Positions 17,519 to 28,178 are shown, counted from the first letter of the stretch. The stretch: DNA of 64,000 bases from Bacillota bacterium (GCA_015059195.1 SVAW01000001.1:145575-209574), one strand, 5' to 3'. Made by a program: numbers and translations. Notes: a model not told the origin generated them from the letters alone.

Positions 17519-18409
17519 ATGAATATATTAAAAGAGTTAAAAAAATTAAAATGCGGGAAAGTGGATACAATTAAGTTAAAAGATTATACTACCTATAAAG
17601 TGGGGGGAACGGCTACACTAATTTCTCCAAAAGATGTGAATAGCTTAATTAATGTATTAAAATTTCTCCAAGAAAATAATATAAAATATAAAATATTAGG
17701 GAACGGTTCTAATCTAATTTTTAATAATAGTGGATATGATGGTGTAGTAATTAGATTAGATGAATTTAATGCTTTAGATGTAAAAGGGAATACCATAAAG
17801 GTAGAAGCAGGTTATAGTTTGATGAAGCTAGCTCTTAAAATGTGCCGTTTAGGTTACACCGGAATGGAATTTGCAACGGGCATTCCTGGAACTATTGGTG
17901 GGGCTGTTTATATGAATGCCGGTGCCTATAAAAGCGACATGGGCTATATTGTTAAAAGTGTTAAAGTTTTAACTCCTGATTATAAAATTAAAACAATCTT
18001 AAATAAGGACTTAGATTTTCATTATCGTACATCTTTCTTTCAAAAAAATCCAGGCTATATATGTCTAGAAGCAACTATAGTGTTGCGTAAGGGTGACAAA
18101 GATGTAATTATGGAAATTGTAGATGAAAGAAAGAAACGTAGATTAGAAACACAGCCATTAGAATATCCTTCTGCTGGTAGTGTCTTTAGAAATCCAGAAG
18201 GAGACTTTGCTGGAAGATTAATAGAAGAAATTGGCTATAAGGGTAAAAGTATTGGTGGAGCCCAAGTCAGTCAAAAACATGCTAATTTTATTATTAACAG
18301 TGGTAATGCAACAGGTGAAGATATTAAAAAATTAATCTTTGAAATACAGGAAAAAGTAAAAGATGCTTATAATATCGAATTAAAAGTAGAACAAGAATTT
18401 GTAGAATAA
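17519..18409 (+). CDS. murB: UDP-N-acetylenolpyruvoylglucosamine reductase
   Basis: FAD-binding domain (YTTYKVGG, GNGSNL) and C-terminal SAGSVFRNP motif. Confidence 0.9.
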   Translation: MNILKELKKLKCGKVDTIKLKDYTTYKVGGTATLISPKDVNSLINVLKFLQENNIKYKILGNGSNLIFNNSGYDGVVIRLDEFNALDVKGNTIKVEAGYSLMKLALKMCRLGYTGMEFATGIPGTIGGAVYMNAGAYKSDMGYIVKSVKVLTPDYKIKTILNKDLDFHYRTSFFQKNPGYICLEATIVLRKGDKDVIMEIVDERKKRRLETQPLEYPSAGSVFRNPEGDFAGRLIEEIGYKGKSIGGAQVSQKHANFIINSGNATGEDIKKLIFEIQEKVKDAYNIELKVEQEFVE

Positions 18410-18421
18410 AAAGGTGATTTC

Positions 18422-19138
18422 ATGGCAACTTCAAGTAGAGGCAAGAAATATGTTCAAAAACAAACTAAAATGCTTCCTAAGAAAAAAAGAAGATTAAAAA
18501 TAGGAGCAATATTAATATGCTTAACGTTTTTAATTCTTTTTGGTAGCATTGTTTTTGGAATATTATCCCCAAAAATTACAAACATATATATTAGTGGGAA
18601 TAGCTATTTAAGTGACCAAGAAATTATTGAAATTGCAAAACTTGAAGATTACCCATCATCTATTGGGAATTTATCAATCATTATTAAGAAAAGATTAGAG
18701 CAACACGACTTAATTGTTAGTGCTAAAGTTAAGAAAAAATTTGCTAAAGTTTATATAGAAGTTATAGAAAATAAACCATTATTTTTTGACAGTAACACAA
18801 GCGAGACCGTCTTTAGCGACGATATAAGATTAAAAGAAAAGATTTCCAGCCCTATACTAGTAAATTATGTTCCAGATACTATTTATAATGAATTTGTTGA
18901 TGTAATGAGGCGGGTTAACTATGATGTATTAGAAAGAACATCCGAAATAATTTATAATCCTAATGAGGTAGATGAGGAAAGGTTTTTATTTGTAATGAAT
19001 GATAATAATTATGTTTACCTAACTTTAAACAAATTTACTAGTATTAATAACTATATAAGTATCATTAAAAAGTTTGAAGGGAAAAAAGGGATACTTTATT
19101 TAGATTCGGGAGAATATTTTAAGGTTTTAGATAATTAG
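18422..19138 (+). CDS. divIB: cell division protein DivIB/FtsQ (POTRA domain)
   Basis: Basic N-terminus, single TM, then a POTRA-like segment (ITNIYISGNSYLSDQEI). Lies between murB and ftsA. Confidence 0.7.
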   Translation: MATSSRGKKYVQKQTKMLPKKKRRLKIGAILICLTFLILFGSIVFGILSPKITNIYISGNSYLSDQEIIEIAKLEDYPSSIGNLSIIIKKRLEQHDLIVSAKVKKKFAKVYIEVIENKPLFFDSNTSETVFSDDIRLKEKISSPILVNYVPDTIYNEFVDVMRRVNYDVLERTSEIIYNPNEVDEERFLFVMNDNNYVYLTLNKFTSINNYISIIKKFEGKKGILYLDSGEYFKVLDN

Positions 19139-19216
19139 GAAGAAATTTCTAATTTTTTCTTTTACTTTTTTTATAAATTATAGTATAATTATGTTAGGAT
19201 TGTAGGAGATGATATA

Positions 19217-20464
19217 GTGAAGCATATTTTTAGTAGCGTTGATATTGGTTCCGATACAATTAAAGTAGTAGTATGTGAACTATATAAGGGTAAATTAAAT
19301 TTATTGGCTGCATCATCTGTGAAATCAAAGGGAATAAAAAAAGGGCTTATTACTGATTTTGAAGCTGCTTCAGTTTCAATGAGGAAAGCAATTACTGAGG
19401 TTGAAGGAATGCTTGGGATAAAAATAAAAAAAGTTATTATTTCAGTACCTTCTTATTTTGCTGACTTTTTGGTTGTTAAAGGGGAAACAAAGGTAACAGG
19501 AGAAGAACATATTGTGACTGGCGATGATATAATTGAGGTTTTACAAAATGCGATGAAAGATAAGCTAATGCCTGGTAAAGAAATGGTTACAATGTTACCT
19601 ATTGATTTTAAACTAGACGACAAAGAAGGTATTAAGGATCCTAAGGGATTAGTTGGAAACACATTATCGGCGAGAGCTGTTATGGCAACAACTCCTAAGA
19701 AAAATATTTATTCAGTAGTTAGTTTAATGGATAATATAGGAATAGAAATTGTGGACATCTCTTTAAACCCTATAGGAAATAGTTATGCATTTCGTTCAAA
19801 AGAAATGGACGCACAAGTAGGTGCTATTGTTGATGTTGGCGCAGAAACTACAACAGTTGCCTTATATAATAAGGGAATTATAGTTAAAAGTTCTATTATT
19901 GCAATGGGAAGTAGAAACATCGATAATGATTTAGCATATATCTACAAAGTAGACTTAAATCAAGCAAGAAAAATTAAAGAAAAATTTGCTTTAGCGCATA
20001 AAAAATACGCAAGTACTAGTGAGACATATGAAGTTAAAATGGAAGAAGAAACTATTAGAATTAATCAATTTGAAACTTCGGAAATTGTTATGTCTAGAAT
20101 TGAAGAAATTTTAACACTTGCGCGCAAAGAAATTAATATTTTAACAAATCGTAAAGTAGATTATGTGATTGTTACTGGTGGCACTAGTAATATGGCTCAT
20201 TTTGATTATATTGCTGAAGATATTTTTGGCAAAGATGTTATCATTGGTGATGTCAAGTTAGTAGGAATCAGACATAACAAATTTTCAGCATGTGTTGGGA
20301 ACATAGTTTATTTTATAAATAAATTAAAATTAAAAGGTAAAAATTTTACAATGATAAGTTCTTCTGATATGGAGGAATTAGAAACACCTAAAAAGGGTAT
20401 AATAAATAATATTTCAAATGAATCAATGTTGGGAAAAGTATTTGGCTACTTTTTTGGCGAATAG
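19217..20464 (+). CDS. ftsA: cell division protein FtsA
   Basis: Actin-like ATPase motifs (VDIGSDTIKVVV, VDVGAETT, VTGGTSNM); upstream of ftsZ. Confidence 0.9.
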   Translation: MKHIFSSVDIGSDTIKVVVCELYKGKLNLLAASSVKSKGIKKGLITDFEAASVSMRKAITEVEGMLGIKIKKVIISVPSYFADFLVVKGETKVTGEEHIVTGDDIIEVLQNAMKDKLMPGKEMVTMLPIDFKLDDKEGIKDPKGLVGNTLSARAVMATTPKKNIYSVVSLMDNIGIEIVDISLNPIGNSYAFRSKEMDAQVGAIVDVGAETTTVALYNKGIIVKSSIIAMGSRNIDNDLAYIYKVDLNQARKIKEKFALAHKKYASTSETYEVKMEEETIRINQFETSEIVMSRIEEILTLARKEINILTNRKVDYVIVTGGTSNMAHFDYIAEDIFGKDVIIGDVKLVGIRHNKFSACVGNIVYFINKLKLKGKNFTMISSSDMEELETPKKGIINNISNESMLGKVFGYFFGE

Positions 20465-20476
20465 AGGAGGATAAGC

Positions 20477-21556
20477 ATGTTTGGTGGATTAGAAATGGAT
20501 CAATTAGCTAAAATCAAGGTAATTGGAGTAGGTGGCGGAGGAAATAACGCTGTTAATAGAATGATTGAATCAGGAGTAAAAGGAGTAGACTTTATTGTTG
20601 CAAATACAGATTTGCAAGTACTAAATAACTCTAAAGCTCCAGTAAAAATACAGATTGGAACAGAACTTACTAATGGTTTAGGTGCAGGAGCAAACCCACA
20701 AATTGGGCGTGAGGCTGCCTTAGAATCAAAAGCTGAAATTGAAGCTGCATTAGAAGGAGCTGATATGGTTTTTGTTACTTGTGGAATGGGTGGAGGAACT
20801 GGTACAGGAGCTGCCCCAGTAGTTGCATCAATCGCACAAGAAATGGGAGCTTTAACTGTAGGTATTGTTACAAAACCTTTCTCATTTGAAGGGAAAAAAC
20901 GTATGGAACAAGCATTAAGTGGTTTAGATGAATTAAAGAAACACGTAGACACACTAATTGTTATTCCGAATGACCGTTTAAGAGATATCATTGATAAATC
21001 TACACCATTATTAGATTCATTCAAAGAAGTAGATAATGTATTAAGACGTGGTGTACAATCAATTTCAGACTTAATTGCGGTAGCTGGGTTAATCAACTTA
21101 GACTTTGCTGACGTAAAAGCAGTTATGGAAAAACGTGGTAATGCCTTAATTGGAATCGGAATTGGTATGGGAGAAAATAGAGCTGCAGAAGCTGCAAAAC
21201 AAGCTGTAGAAAGTCCACTTCTAGAAACAAGCATTAGTGGTGCAACAGATGCAATCATTAACGTTACTGGTGGTTCTAATTTAACACTTTTCGAAGTAGA
21301 AGAAGCTGCAGAGGTTATTAGAACAAGCGCTAATACAGATATTAATACAATATTTGGTGCAGTTATTAATGAAAACTTGAATGATGAAATCATTGTTACA
21401 GTAATTGCAACTGGTTTTGAAGATAAAACAGATCCACTATATCACTCTTATTCCACTACAGCTCGTGAAGAATTAAGAAAAACTGCAGAGGATGCTGGAG
21501 ATAATTCAGATGATGAAGCTTCAATTCCTTCGTTCTTAAGAAAAAGAGGATTTTAA
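20477..21556 (+). CDS. ftsZ: cell division GTPase FtsZ
   Basis: [17 protein letters not shown] and the tubulin signature [11 protein letters not shown]. Confidence 0.97.
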   Translation: MFGGLEMDQLAKIKVIGVGGGGNNAVNRMIESGVKGVDFIVANTDLQVLNNSKAPVKIQIGTELTNGLGAGANPQIGREAALESKAEIEAALEGADMVFVTCGMGGGTGTGAAPVVASIAQEMGALTVGIVTKPFSFEGKKRMEQALSGLDELKKHVDTLIVIPNDRLRDIIDKSTPLLDSFKEVDNVLRRGVQSISDLIAVAGLINLDFADVKAVMEKRGNALIGIGIGMGENRAAEAAKQAVESPLLETSISGATDAIINVTGGSNLTLFEVEEAAEVIRTSANTDINTIFGAVINENLNDEIIVTVIATGFEDKTDPLYHSYSTTAREELRKTAEDAGDNSDDEASIPSFLRKRGF

Positions 21557-21672
21557 AATAAACGAAACGTCATAAATGGCGTTTTTTTGATTGCCATATT
21601 TAAATTAAATGTATTACCTATAAAACGACACAATAATCAGTGTTGTTTTTTTATAATATATTTGGTGATGCA

Positions 21673-22446
21673 ATGAAAATATATGTAGACCTAGTATTAT
21701 TTATAAACTTTGCATTTGATTTTTTGCTATTATTATCTGTCTCGATATTATTAAGAAGAAAAACAAGCATTAATAAAATTTTATTTGGTGCATTTTTAGG
21801 TAGTCTTAGTGTGCTTTTGCTATTTATCGAAATTAATTCTATAGAATTATTTTGTTTTAAAATAGTTATCAGCGTTCTAATGATTTTAGCTTCGTTTGGT
21901 TTTAAAAGTATTAAATATTTTTTAAAAAATATAGGATATTTTTATATGTCTAGTATTGTTTTAGGTGGTTTTTTATATTTTTTAAATATAGAGTTTTCTT
22001 ACAAACAGGAAGGTCTTGTATTTTTTCACAAGGGTTTAAGTATAAATTTTATATTTTTAATCATATTTTCACCAATAATTATATACATTTATGTAAAGCA
22101 AGGATTGCGTCTTAAAAACAACTATAGTAAATATCACAAAGTAAAAGTTAAAGTTGGTGGTAAAAGAATTGAATGTGTTGGCTATGTAGATACAGGAAAT
22201 AAAGTTGTAGATCCATATTTTAATAGAAGTATCATTTTTATGAATAAACATCTGGAGTTAAACGGTAATTTTATAATGGTTCCTTATCAAACAATTGATA
22301 AGGGGGGAGTTATAAAATGTTACAAAGTAGATAGTGTTAAGATAGATAATAAAGAAGTTGGTAATAATTATTTGGTTAGTTTTATCAATCAAAAAATAGG
22401 CATTGATGGAGTAGATTGCATATTGCCAGAGATTATGGAGGAATAA
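21673..22446 (+). CDS. spoIIGA: sigma-E processing aspartic peptidase SpoIIGA
   Basis: Five N-terminal TM segments, catalytic GYVDTGN motif, immediately upstream of sigE. Confidence 0.85.
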   Translation: MKIYVDLVLFINFAFDFLLLLSVSILLRRKTSINKILFGAFLGSLSVLLLFIEINSIELFCFKIVISVLMILASFGFKSIKYFLKNIGYFYMSSIVLGGFLYFLNIEFSYKQEGLVFFHKGLSINFIFLIIFSPIIIYIYVKQGLRLKNNYSKYHKVKVKVGGKRIECVGYVDTGNKVVDPYFNRSIIFMNKHLELNGNFIMVPYQTIDKGGVIKCYKVDSVKIDNKEVGNNYLVSFINQKIGIDGVDCILPEIMEE

Positions 22447-22448
22447 AA

Positions 22449-23141
22449 ATGTTAAGAAAAATCATTAATTCAATTATTAGAATTTTTAAAAGTGAAGAAT
22501 CAATTTTTTTTGTAGGGAGTGCTGATAAGCTTCCAGAACCACTTTCTAAGGAAGATGAAATATATTATGTAACACTGTCTAATGCAGGGGATGAAGCAGC
22601 TCGCTCAAAACTAATCGAACATAATCTGCGATTAGTCGTATTTTTATCAAAAAAATATGAAAATACCGGAGTAGATTTGGAGGATTTAGTTAGCATTGGA
22701 ACTATCGGTTTGATAAAGGGAGTAAATACTTATAAATTGGATAAAAATATAAAATTGGCTACTTATGCATCAAGATGCATAGATAATGAAATACTAATGT
22801 TTCTAAGAAAAAACAAAAAGAGAAGAGGTGAGGTTAGCTTTGAAGACAGCCTAAGTTATGATTCAGAAGGAAATGAACTTCATTTAGAAGATATTTTAGG
22901 AACAGAACCTGATGTAGTAACAAAGGGAATAGAAGAAGAAAATGATAAAAAGGAGCTCTACTGTGAAATTGAAAAATTAAACGAAAGAGATAAGGAAATC
23001 ATGGTGTTAAGATATGGTCTTTTTAATCATGAAGAAATGACACAAAAAGATGTTGCGGAAAAGTTAGGTATTAGCCAATCATATATTTCTAGAATCGAAA
23101 AGAAGGTAATTAGAAAGCTTAGAGCGCTTTCAAAATATTAA
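22449..23141 (+). CDS. sigE: sporulation sigma factor SigE (pro-sigma-E)
   Basis: Close to B. subtilis SigE: LPEPLSKEDE, LIEHNLRLVVFLSKKYENTG, DLVSIGTIGLIKGVNTY, KLATYASRCIDNEILMFLR, GISQSYISRIEKK. Confidence 0.9.
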   Translation: MLRKIINSIIRIFKSEESIFFVGSADKLPEPLSKEDEIYYVTLSNAGDEAARSKLIEHNLRLVVFLSKKYENTGVDLEDLVSIGTIGLIKGVNTYKLDKNIKLATYASRCIDNEILMFLRKNKKRRGEVSFEDSLSYDSEGNELHLEDILGTEPDVVTKGIEEENDKKELYCEIEKLNERDKEIMVLRYGLFNHEEMTQKDVAEKLGISQSYISRIEKKVIRKLRALSKY

Positions 23142-23148
23142 ATATCTG

Positions 23149-23177
23149 TTGACAAACCAAACAGAAAACTATAAAAT
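23149..23177 (+). promoter_or_regulatory. sigma-A-type promoter of pilin-leader copy 2
   Basis: TTGACA 23149-23154, 17-nt spacer, TAAAAT 23172-23177. Confidence 0.6.
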
Positions 23178-23249
23178 TAAAATAGACAAGGGAGTAAGAT
23201 AGTATGGTTAGAGTAATTACAAAAATTAAATTAACAAAAATAACCACCT

Positions 23250-23259
23250 GGGGGTGGGG
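23250..23259 (+). repeat. interrupted G tract G5-T-G4 inside leader uORF (copy 2)
   Basis: Counted directly: cacct ggggg t gggg tattt. Confidence 0.9.
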
Positions 23260-23295
23260 TATTTAAGTAACCATACTATAACTAGCAAAATAAAT

Positions 23296-23352
23296 AAACA
23301 CGAAAGAATTTTAGAAAATCCATCGTTCTAAAATTTGTTTTCGTGTTTTTTT
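23296..23352 (+). terminator. leader intrinsic terminator, copy 2
   Basis: Identical hairpin to copies 1 and 3, followed by T7. Confidence 0.7.
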
Positions 23353-23384
23353 GTGTACCTTGTTAAAAATAGGAGGAGAAAAAG

Positions 23385-24266
23385 ATGAAGAAAAAAGGAT
23401 TTACACTAATTGAATTACTAGCGGTAATAGTAGTACTCGCAATAATAGCGTTAATCGCAACACTAATAGTAATGAATGTAATTAGTAATGCTTCTAAGGG
23501 AGCAGCAGAAAGAAGTGCGGATAATTATATTAAAGCAGTAGAAACATTAATCGCAACAGAAAGGTTAGAAGGAAACAAAATAGCAGATGGTACTTATACA
23601 ATCGGGACAGATGGAAATCTTCAATTTGAAACTGTGGAGTTGAGCGGAATAAAACCAAGTGGAGGAACAATCACAATTAAAGATGGACAAGTAGTTAAAG
23701 AAAAGACCTCAATTATCGTGGGAAATTATACTGTTACTTTTGAAAACGGAAATGCAAAAGCTAAAGAGTTAGCTAAACTAGATGATTTATGTAATTTGGA
23801 AGTTGTAACACATGAGGTAGGGGCAGAATACACCTGTGACTTAGGAGACGGACATAATAGAATATTCTACGTATTAGAAGCAGGAACAAGCAGTAGACCG
23901 GCAACATTAATATTAGAAAATAACTTTGATACTGGGGGATCTCATGGTTGGACAGGAGTGGAACAAACGCTATATGACATATCGATGGCTTGGCCAAAAT
24001 TAGATAGAAGCCAAATAGGAGTGCCAAGTGTTGAGCAAATAATGGTAGCGGATGGAAAAGCTGCAGATGCTTATTTAAACAACGAGTCCGAAGATGTGCA
24101 TTTAGAGAATGATTGGCTATATGATTTTCAAGAAAGAGTAGGCTATTGGACATCTAGCCTTGATGGTTATGATGGTGCTTGGCTTATCTTTTCAAATGGT
24201 GAAGTTGGTACGGCTCCATTGACAGATAAGCATGAGGTTAGACCAGTAATTAGGTTGGCTCTTTAA
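23385..24266 (+). CDS. type IV pilin/pseudopilin-like protein (prepilin N-terminal cleavage/methylation motif) with variable C-terminal YWTS...VRPV domain
   Basis: MKKKGFTLIELLAVIVVLAIIALIA has Gly-1, Phe+1 and Glu+5. The C-terminus GYWTSS...HEVRPVIRLAL resembles DUF1566/C-type-lectin-like tails. Paralogue of 31722-32636. Confidence 0.8.
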   Translation: MKKKGFTLIELLAVIVVLAIIALIATLIVMNVISNASKGAAERSADNYIKAVETLIATERLEGNKIADGTYTIGTDGNLQFETVELSGIKPSGGTITIKDGQVVKEKTSIIVGNYTVTFENGNAKAKELAKLDDLCNLEVVTHEVGAEYTCDLGDGHNRIFYVLEAGTSSRPATLILENNFDTGGSHGWTGVEQTLYDISMAWPKLDRSQIGVPSVEQIMVADGKAADAYLNNESEDVHLENDWLYDFQERVGYWTSSLDGYDGAWLIFSNGEVGTAPLTDKHEVRPVIRLAL

Positions 24267-24292
24267 GAATATCTTTTTAGATATTCTTTTTG
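24265..24292 (+). terminator. intrinsic terminator after pilin copy 2
   Basis: AAGAATATC-ttttta-GATATTCTT plus T-run. Confidence 0.7.
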
Positions 24293-24362
24293 TTAGTTTT
24301 AAACATATTGCCAAACAAAATATAATATGTTAAACTAATACATAGTGAAGGAGGAATCACTT

Positions 24363-24575
24363 GTGCAAATAGTTTTAATGATTGTATCAATTTTATTAAT
24401 CGCTTTAGCGTTACTTCAAAGTGGTAAAGCAGAAAGTGCTTCTAATGCCATTACTGGAGGAAATGATAGTTTATTTGCTAATCGTAAAGAAAGAGGCGGA
24501 GAATTAGTTATTAGTCGTATTACTTTAGGATTAGGGATTGTATTCTTTATTATTTGTTTAATTATAGGATTTTAA
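24363..24575 (+). CDS. secG: preprotein translocase subunit SecG
   Basis: ~70 aa, two TM segments, LLQSGK motif. SD GAAGGAGG lies 8 nt before GTG 24363. Confidence 0.8.
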   Translation: MQIVLMIVSILLIALALLQSGKAESASNAITGGNDSLFANRKERGGELVISRITLGLGIVFFIICLIIGF

Positions 24576-24680
24576 GTGTAAAGATATTTACACTTTTCTT
24601 TTTGTAAAATTTACTTAATATATGGTGAAAATTAGCATTCAACTCAATTTTCTGTTATAATATTTTATAGGGTGTATATT

Positions 24681-25706
24681 ATGAAAAGCATATATAATTA
24701 TACATTAGAAGAATTAGAAAGTTATTTTTTAAACATTGGTGAAAAAAAGTTTAAAGCTACTCAAGTTTTTGAATGGCTTTATCGTAAACGAGTACAATCT
24801 TTTGATGAAATGAGTAATATAAAAAAAGATGTGATAGATAGATTAAAAGAAGACTTTGAATTAAATACTTTAGAATTATTAGAGCATAAGAGTGATATTG
24901 ACGTTCATAAGTTTTTATTTCGTTTAACTGATAATGAAAAAATAGAAGCAGTGCTAATGAATCACGATTATGGAAATAGTATATGCGTATCTACTCAAGT
25001 AGGATGTAATATGGGGTGTTCTTTTTGTGAAAGTGGACGTTTAAAAAAAATCAGAAATTTAGAAACTAGTGAGATAGTTTTACAATTCTTATTAGTAGAA
25101 AAGCTATTGGGGATAAAAATCACACATGTAGTAATAATGGGTATAGGAGAGCCATTTGACAATTATGATAATGTCATGAATTTTATAGATATCTTAAATA
25201 CTGGAAAAGGCATAGATTTAGGTGCGCGTCATATTACTTTATCTACTTGTGGTATCGTTCCAAAGATTAAAGAGTTTGCTGAATTTGGTAAACAAGTAAA
25301 TCTAGCCATTTCACTTCATGCACCAAATAATACTTTACGTAATAAGCTAATGAATATTAATAAGGCTTATCCTATAGAACAAGTAATAGATGCAATTAAA
25401 GAATATATAAATAAGACTAATCGCAGAGTTACTTTTGAATATATTTTATTAAAAGGAGTTAATGATACAAAAGAATGTGCTTTAGAACTTTCTAAGTTAC
25501 TAAAAGGTATGAACTGTTATGTAAATTTAATTCCTTACAATGAAACAAGTCATATTGAATATAAAAAAAGTAGTCAAGAAGACATTATGAATTTTTACGA
25601 TATTTTAAAGAAAAATAATATAGGAGTTACGATTAGAAGAGAGTTTGGTTCTAAGGTAAATGCGGCTTGTGGACAACTTAGATCTAAATACGAGGAGGTC
25701 AAATGA
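24681..25706 (+). CDS. rlmN: 23S rRNA/tRNA adenine-C2 methyltransferase RlmN (radical SAM)
   Basis: CNMGCSFCESG radical-SAM cluster motif, GIGEP, and C-terminal AACGQL catalytic Cys. Confidence 0.9.
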   Translation: MKSIYNYTLEELESYFLNIGEKKFKATQVFEWLYRKRVQSFDEMSNIKKDVIDRLKEDFELNTLELLEHKSDIDVHKFLFRLTDNEKIEAVLMNHDYGNSICVSTQVGCNMGCSFCESGRLKKIRNLETSEIVLQFLLVEKLLGIKITHVVIMGIGEPFDNYDNVMNFIDILNTGKGIDLGARHITLSTCGIVPKIKEFAEFGKQVNLAISLHAPNNTLRNKLMNINKAYPIEQVIDAIKEYINKTNRRVTFEYILLKGVNDTKECALELSKLLKGMNCYVNLIPYNETSHIEYKKSSQEDIMNFYDILKKNNIGVTIRREFGSKVNAACGQLRSKYEEVK

Positions 25707-26443
25707 TGGATTATGGATATTTAACTGATCCAGGTAAAGTTAGGGATCATAATGAAGACAGTGTTATAGTTACTAAAAATATATCTAACGAATGTTTGTT
25801 AGCAGTAGCTGATGGAATGGGCGGACATCGTGGCGGAGAAATTGCTTCAAGTATTGCAATATCTCATATAGGAAAACGTTTCTCTGAAATCAGCAGTATT
25901 GGTAATAAAGAAGATGCGATTAATTGGATTAAGGATGTAGTAAGTGAAGCAAACGTGCAAATTTATAAATATACTAGTGAGAATCCTGAAAGCACCGGTA
26001 TGGGGACTACCTTAGTTATGGCAGTATTAACTCGTGATTTTCTATTGTTTGGTAATATTGGTGATTCATCTGGTTATGTATTGAAAAATGAAAAGTTACA
26101 TAAAATTACTTCTGATCATACACTAGTAAATCTGCTAGTTAAATCAGGTGAGTTAACTGAAGAAGAAGCTAAGGATCATCCACGAAAGAATGTACTAATG
26201 AGAGCTTTAGGAGCAACTACGAAAGTAGAAATGGATGTTTTTGACGTAGAAACAGATGTAGATGGAATCATGTTATGTAGTGATGGACTTACAAATATGT
26301 TAGATGATGAGCAAATTGCCAAAGTGTTAAGTGAAAAAAGCTCTATAGATGAGAGACTTAATAAATTGATTGTAAAAAGCAACAATCGAGGTGGAACGGA
26401 TAATATATCAGTAACATTCTTAGAAATGAAGGAAGGTGAGTAA
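25703..26443 (+). CDS. prpC: PP2C-family Ser/Thr protein phosphatase
   Basis: RDHNEDS, ADGMGGH and GGTDNIS motifs; upstream of and coupled to prkC. Confidence 0.9.
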   Translation: MMDYGYLTDPGKVRDHNEDSVIVTKNISNECLLAVADGMGGHRGGEIASSIAISHIGKRFSEISSIGNKEDAINWIKDVVSEANVQIYKYTSENPESTGMGTTLVMAVLTRDFLLFGNIGDSSGYVLKNEKLHKITSDHTLVNLLVKSGELTEEEAKDHPRKNVLMRALGATTKVEMDVFDVETDVDGIMLCSDGLTNMLDDEQIAKVLSEKSSIDERLNKLIVKSNNRGGTDNISVTFLEMKEGE

Positions 26444-26444
26444 T

Positions 26445-28178
26445 ATGGTTATCAAGGGACAAAAAATAAACGATCGTTATCAAATTATTAGAACCATTGG
26501 TGAAGGTGGGATGGCTAATGTTTATTTAGCCCATGATACGATTTTAGATCGTGAAGTTGCAGTAAAACTTTTACGTGGAGACTTAGCGGATGATGAAAAG
26601 TTTGTTAGACGTTTCCAAAGAGAAGCTATATCGGCTTCATCATTATCACATCCGAACATTGTTGAAATGTATGATGTAGGAGAAGATGACGGAAAATATT
26701 ATATTGTAATGGAATATGTCGATGGTAAAACATTAAAAAGTTTAGTAAAACGTCGCGGGAGTTTAACTTTGACTGAAGTAGTAGATATCATGTTGCAACT
26801 AACATCTGCTGTTGCCTGTGCTCATGATAGCTATATCATTCACAGAGACATAAAACCACAGAATGTTTTGATTAAAGAAGACGGTACAGTTAAAATTACT
26901 GACTTTGGAATTGCAATGGCATTAAATAGTAATGAACTAACACAAACAAATTCAGTAATGGGTTCAGTTCACTATCTTCCTCCAGAACAAGCAAATGGTA
27001 GTGGTTCAACGATTAAAAGCGATATTTATTCATTAGGAATTTTAATGTTTGAATTGTTAACAGGTAAGCTTCCGTTTAAGGGTGAGAATGCTGTTGAAAT
27101 CGCAATCAAGCAAATGAAAGATCAAATACCTAGTGTATGTTCTATAAACCCTGAAATCCCGCAAGCTATTGAAAATATTATTTTAAAGGCTTGTGCTAAA
27201 AATCCAAAGAATAGATATGAAAATGTGTTGGAGATGCATGACGATATTAAGAATGCATTAATGGAAGAAAGAAAAAATGAACAAAGAATTACTTATCGTT
27301 ATTCTGAACACGACCTAGAAGAAACAAAAGTAATGCCAGCTTTAAATAAAGCGAGTAAAGCGGAAACAAAACAAGATGATTTAAAAGAAATCACAAAAAG
27401 TGACAAGAGAATGAACGGTATTATTATTGGTTTGGTGGTAACTGCAATTTCTTTAATTACTATTATTTCACTAGTAATACTAATTCCTGCGCTTTCTAAA
27501 GAGAAAGAAATTATTGTACCAGATGTTTCTAACATGAGTGTTGTAGATGCTGAAAAGAAATTAAAAGATTTAGGATTTACAATTAATATTGAAAACACTT
27601 ATAAACCATCAGATACAGTTAAAGAAGGCGATGTTTTGGGAACAAGTCCTGTGAGTGGAGTATCTAGAAAAGAGGGTACTGAAATAACCTTAATTATATC
27701 AAGTGGTGAAGAGGGCATTATAGTTGAAAATTATATAGGTAAAAACTATTACGAAGTAAAGGGAAGGCTAGAAGCTAATGGTATTGTTGTTACTGTTGAG
27801 AAAAAAGAAGTAGAAGATAAAACTCTAACTGAAAATACTATTATTGAGCAATATCCTGAAGTAGGAACTAAAGTTATTCAAGGTGGAACAGTTAAACTTG
27901 TAGTACCAGATGTTATTACAAAATATCCTAACTTTGTTAGTGAAGGATGGACTGTAGAAGATATTCAAATTTTTTGTGATGAATATGGATTAACTTTAAC
28001 TGTAGTAGAAGAAGAGACAGAACTTTATCCTGCTGGAAGAGTTATTAAGCAAAGTAGAAATGCGGATTCTCGTGTTATAGCTGGAGTTAGTTTAAAAATT
28101 ACAATAGCAAAAGAACCAACCATAGAAGAACCAATAATTCCAATTATTCCACATGAAGAACCAGAAGGAAGTAATTAA
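26445..28178 (+). CDS. prkC: Ser/Thr protein kinase PrkC with extracellular PASTA repeats
   Basis: GEGGMANVY, HRDIKPQN and DFGIA kinase motifs, a single TM, then three PASTA-like repeats. Confidence 0.9.
   Translation: MVIKGQKINDRYQIIRTIGEGGMANVYLAHDTILDREVAVKLLRGDLADDEKFVRRFQREAISASSLSHPNIVEMYDVGEDDGKYYIVMEYVDGKTLKSLVKRRGSLTLTEVVDIMLQLTSAVACAHDSYIIHRDIKPQNVLIKEDGTVKITDFGIAMALNSNELTQTNSVMGSVHYLPPEQANGSGSTIKSDIYSLGILMFELLTGKLPFKGENAVEIAIKQMKDQIPSVCSINPEIPQAIENIILKACAKNPKNRYENVLEMHDDIKNALMEERKNEQRITYRYSEHDLEETKVMPALNKASKAETKQDDLKEITKSDKRMNGIIIGLVVTAISLITIISLVILIPALSKEKEIIVPDVSNMSVVDAEKKLKDLGFTINIENTYKPSDTVKEGDVLGTSPVSGVSRKEGTEITLIISSGEEGIIVENYIGKNYYEVKGRLEANGIVVTVEKKEVEDKTLTENTIIEQYPEVGTKVIQGGTVKLVVPDVITKYPNFVSEGWTVEDIQIFCDEYGLTLTVVEEETELYPAGRVIKQSRNADSRVIAGVSLKITIAKEPTIEEPIIPIIPHEEPEGSN

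Larger units (their letters stand above)
23172..23384 (+). promoter_or_regulatory. pilin-leader element, copy 2 (uORF with interrupted G tract, then terminator, then SD)
   Basis: SD GGGAG plus ATG 23204. The uORF 23204-23266 (20 aa, MVRVITKIKLTKITTWGWGI) stops upstream of the terminator. 12-bp helix ATAGTATGGTTA/TAACCATACTAT. Confidence 0.6.

Noticed and set aside
20500-21393. 297-aa antisense ORF inside ftsZ, and similar antisense ORFs such as 13327-13758 in tsf
   Set aside because: These lie opposite strongly identified essential genes. They arise from Gly/Ala/Val-rich codon composition that is free of stops on the reverse strand. They have no SD and no recognisable motifs.
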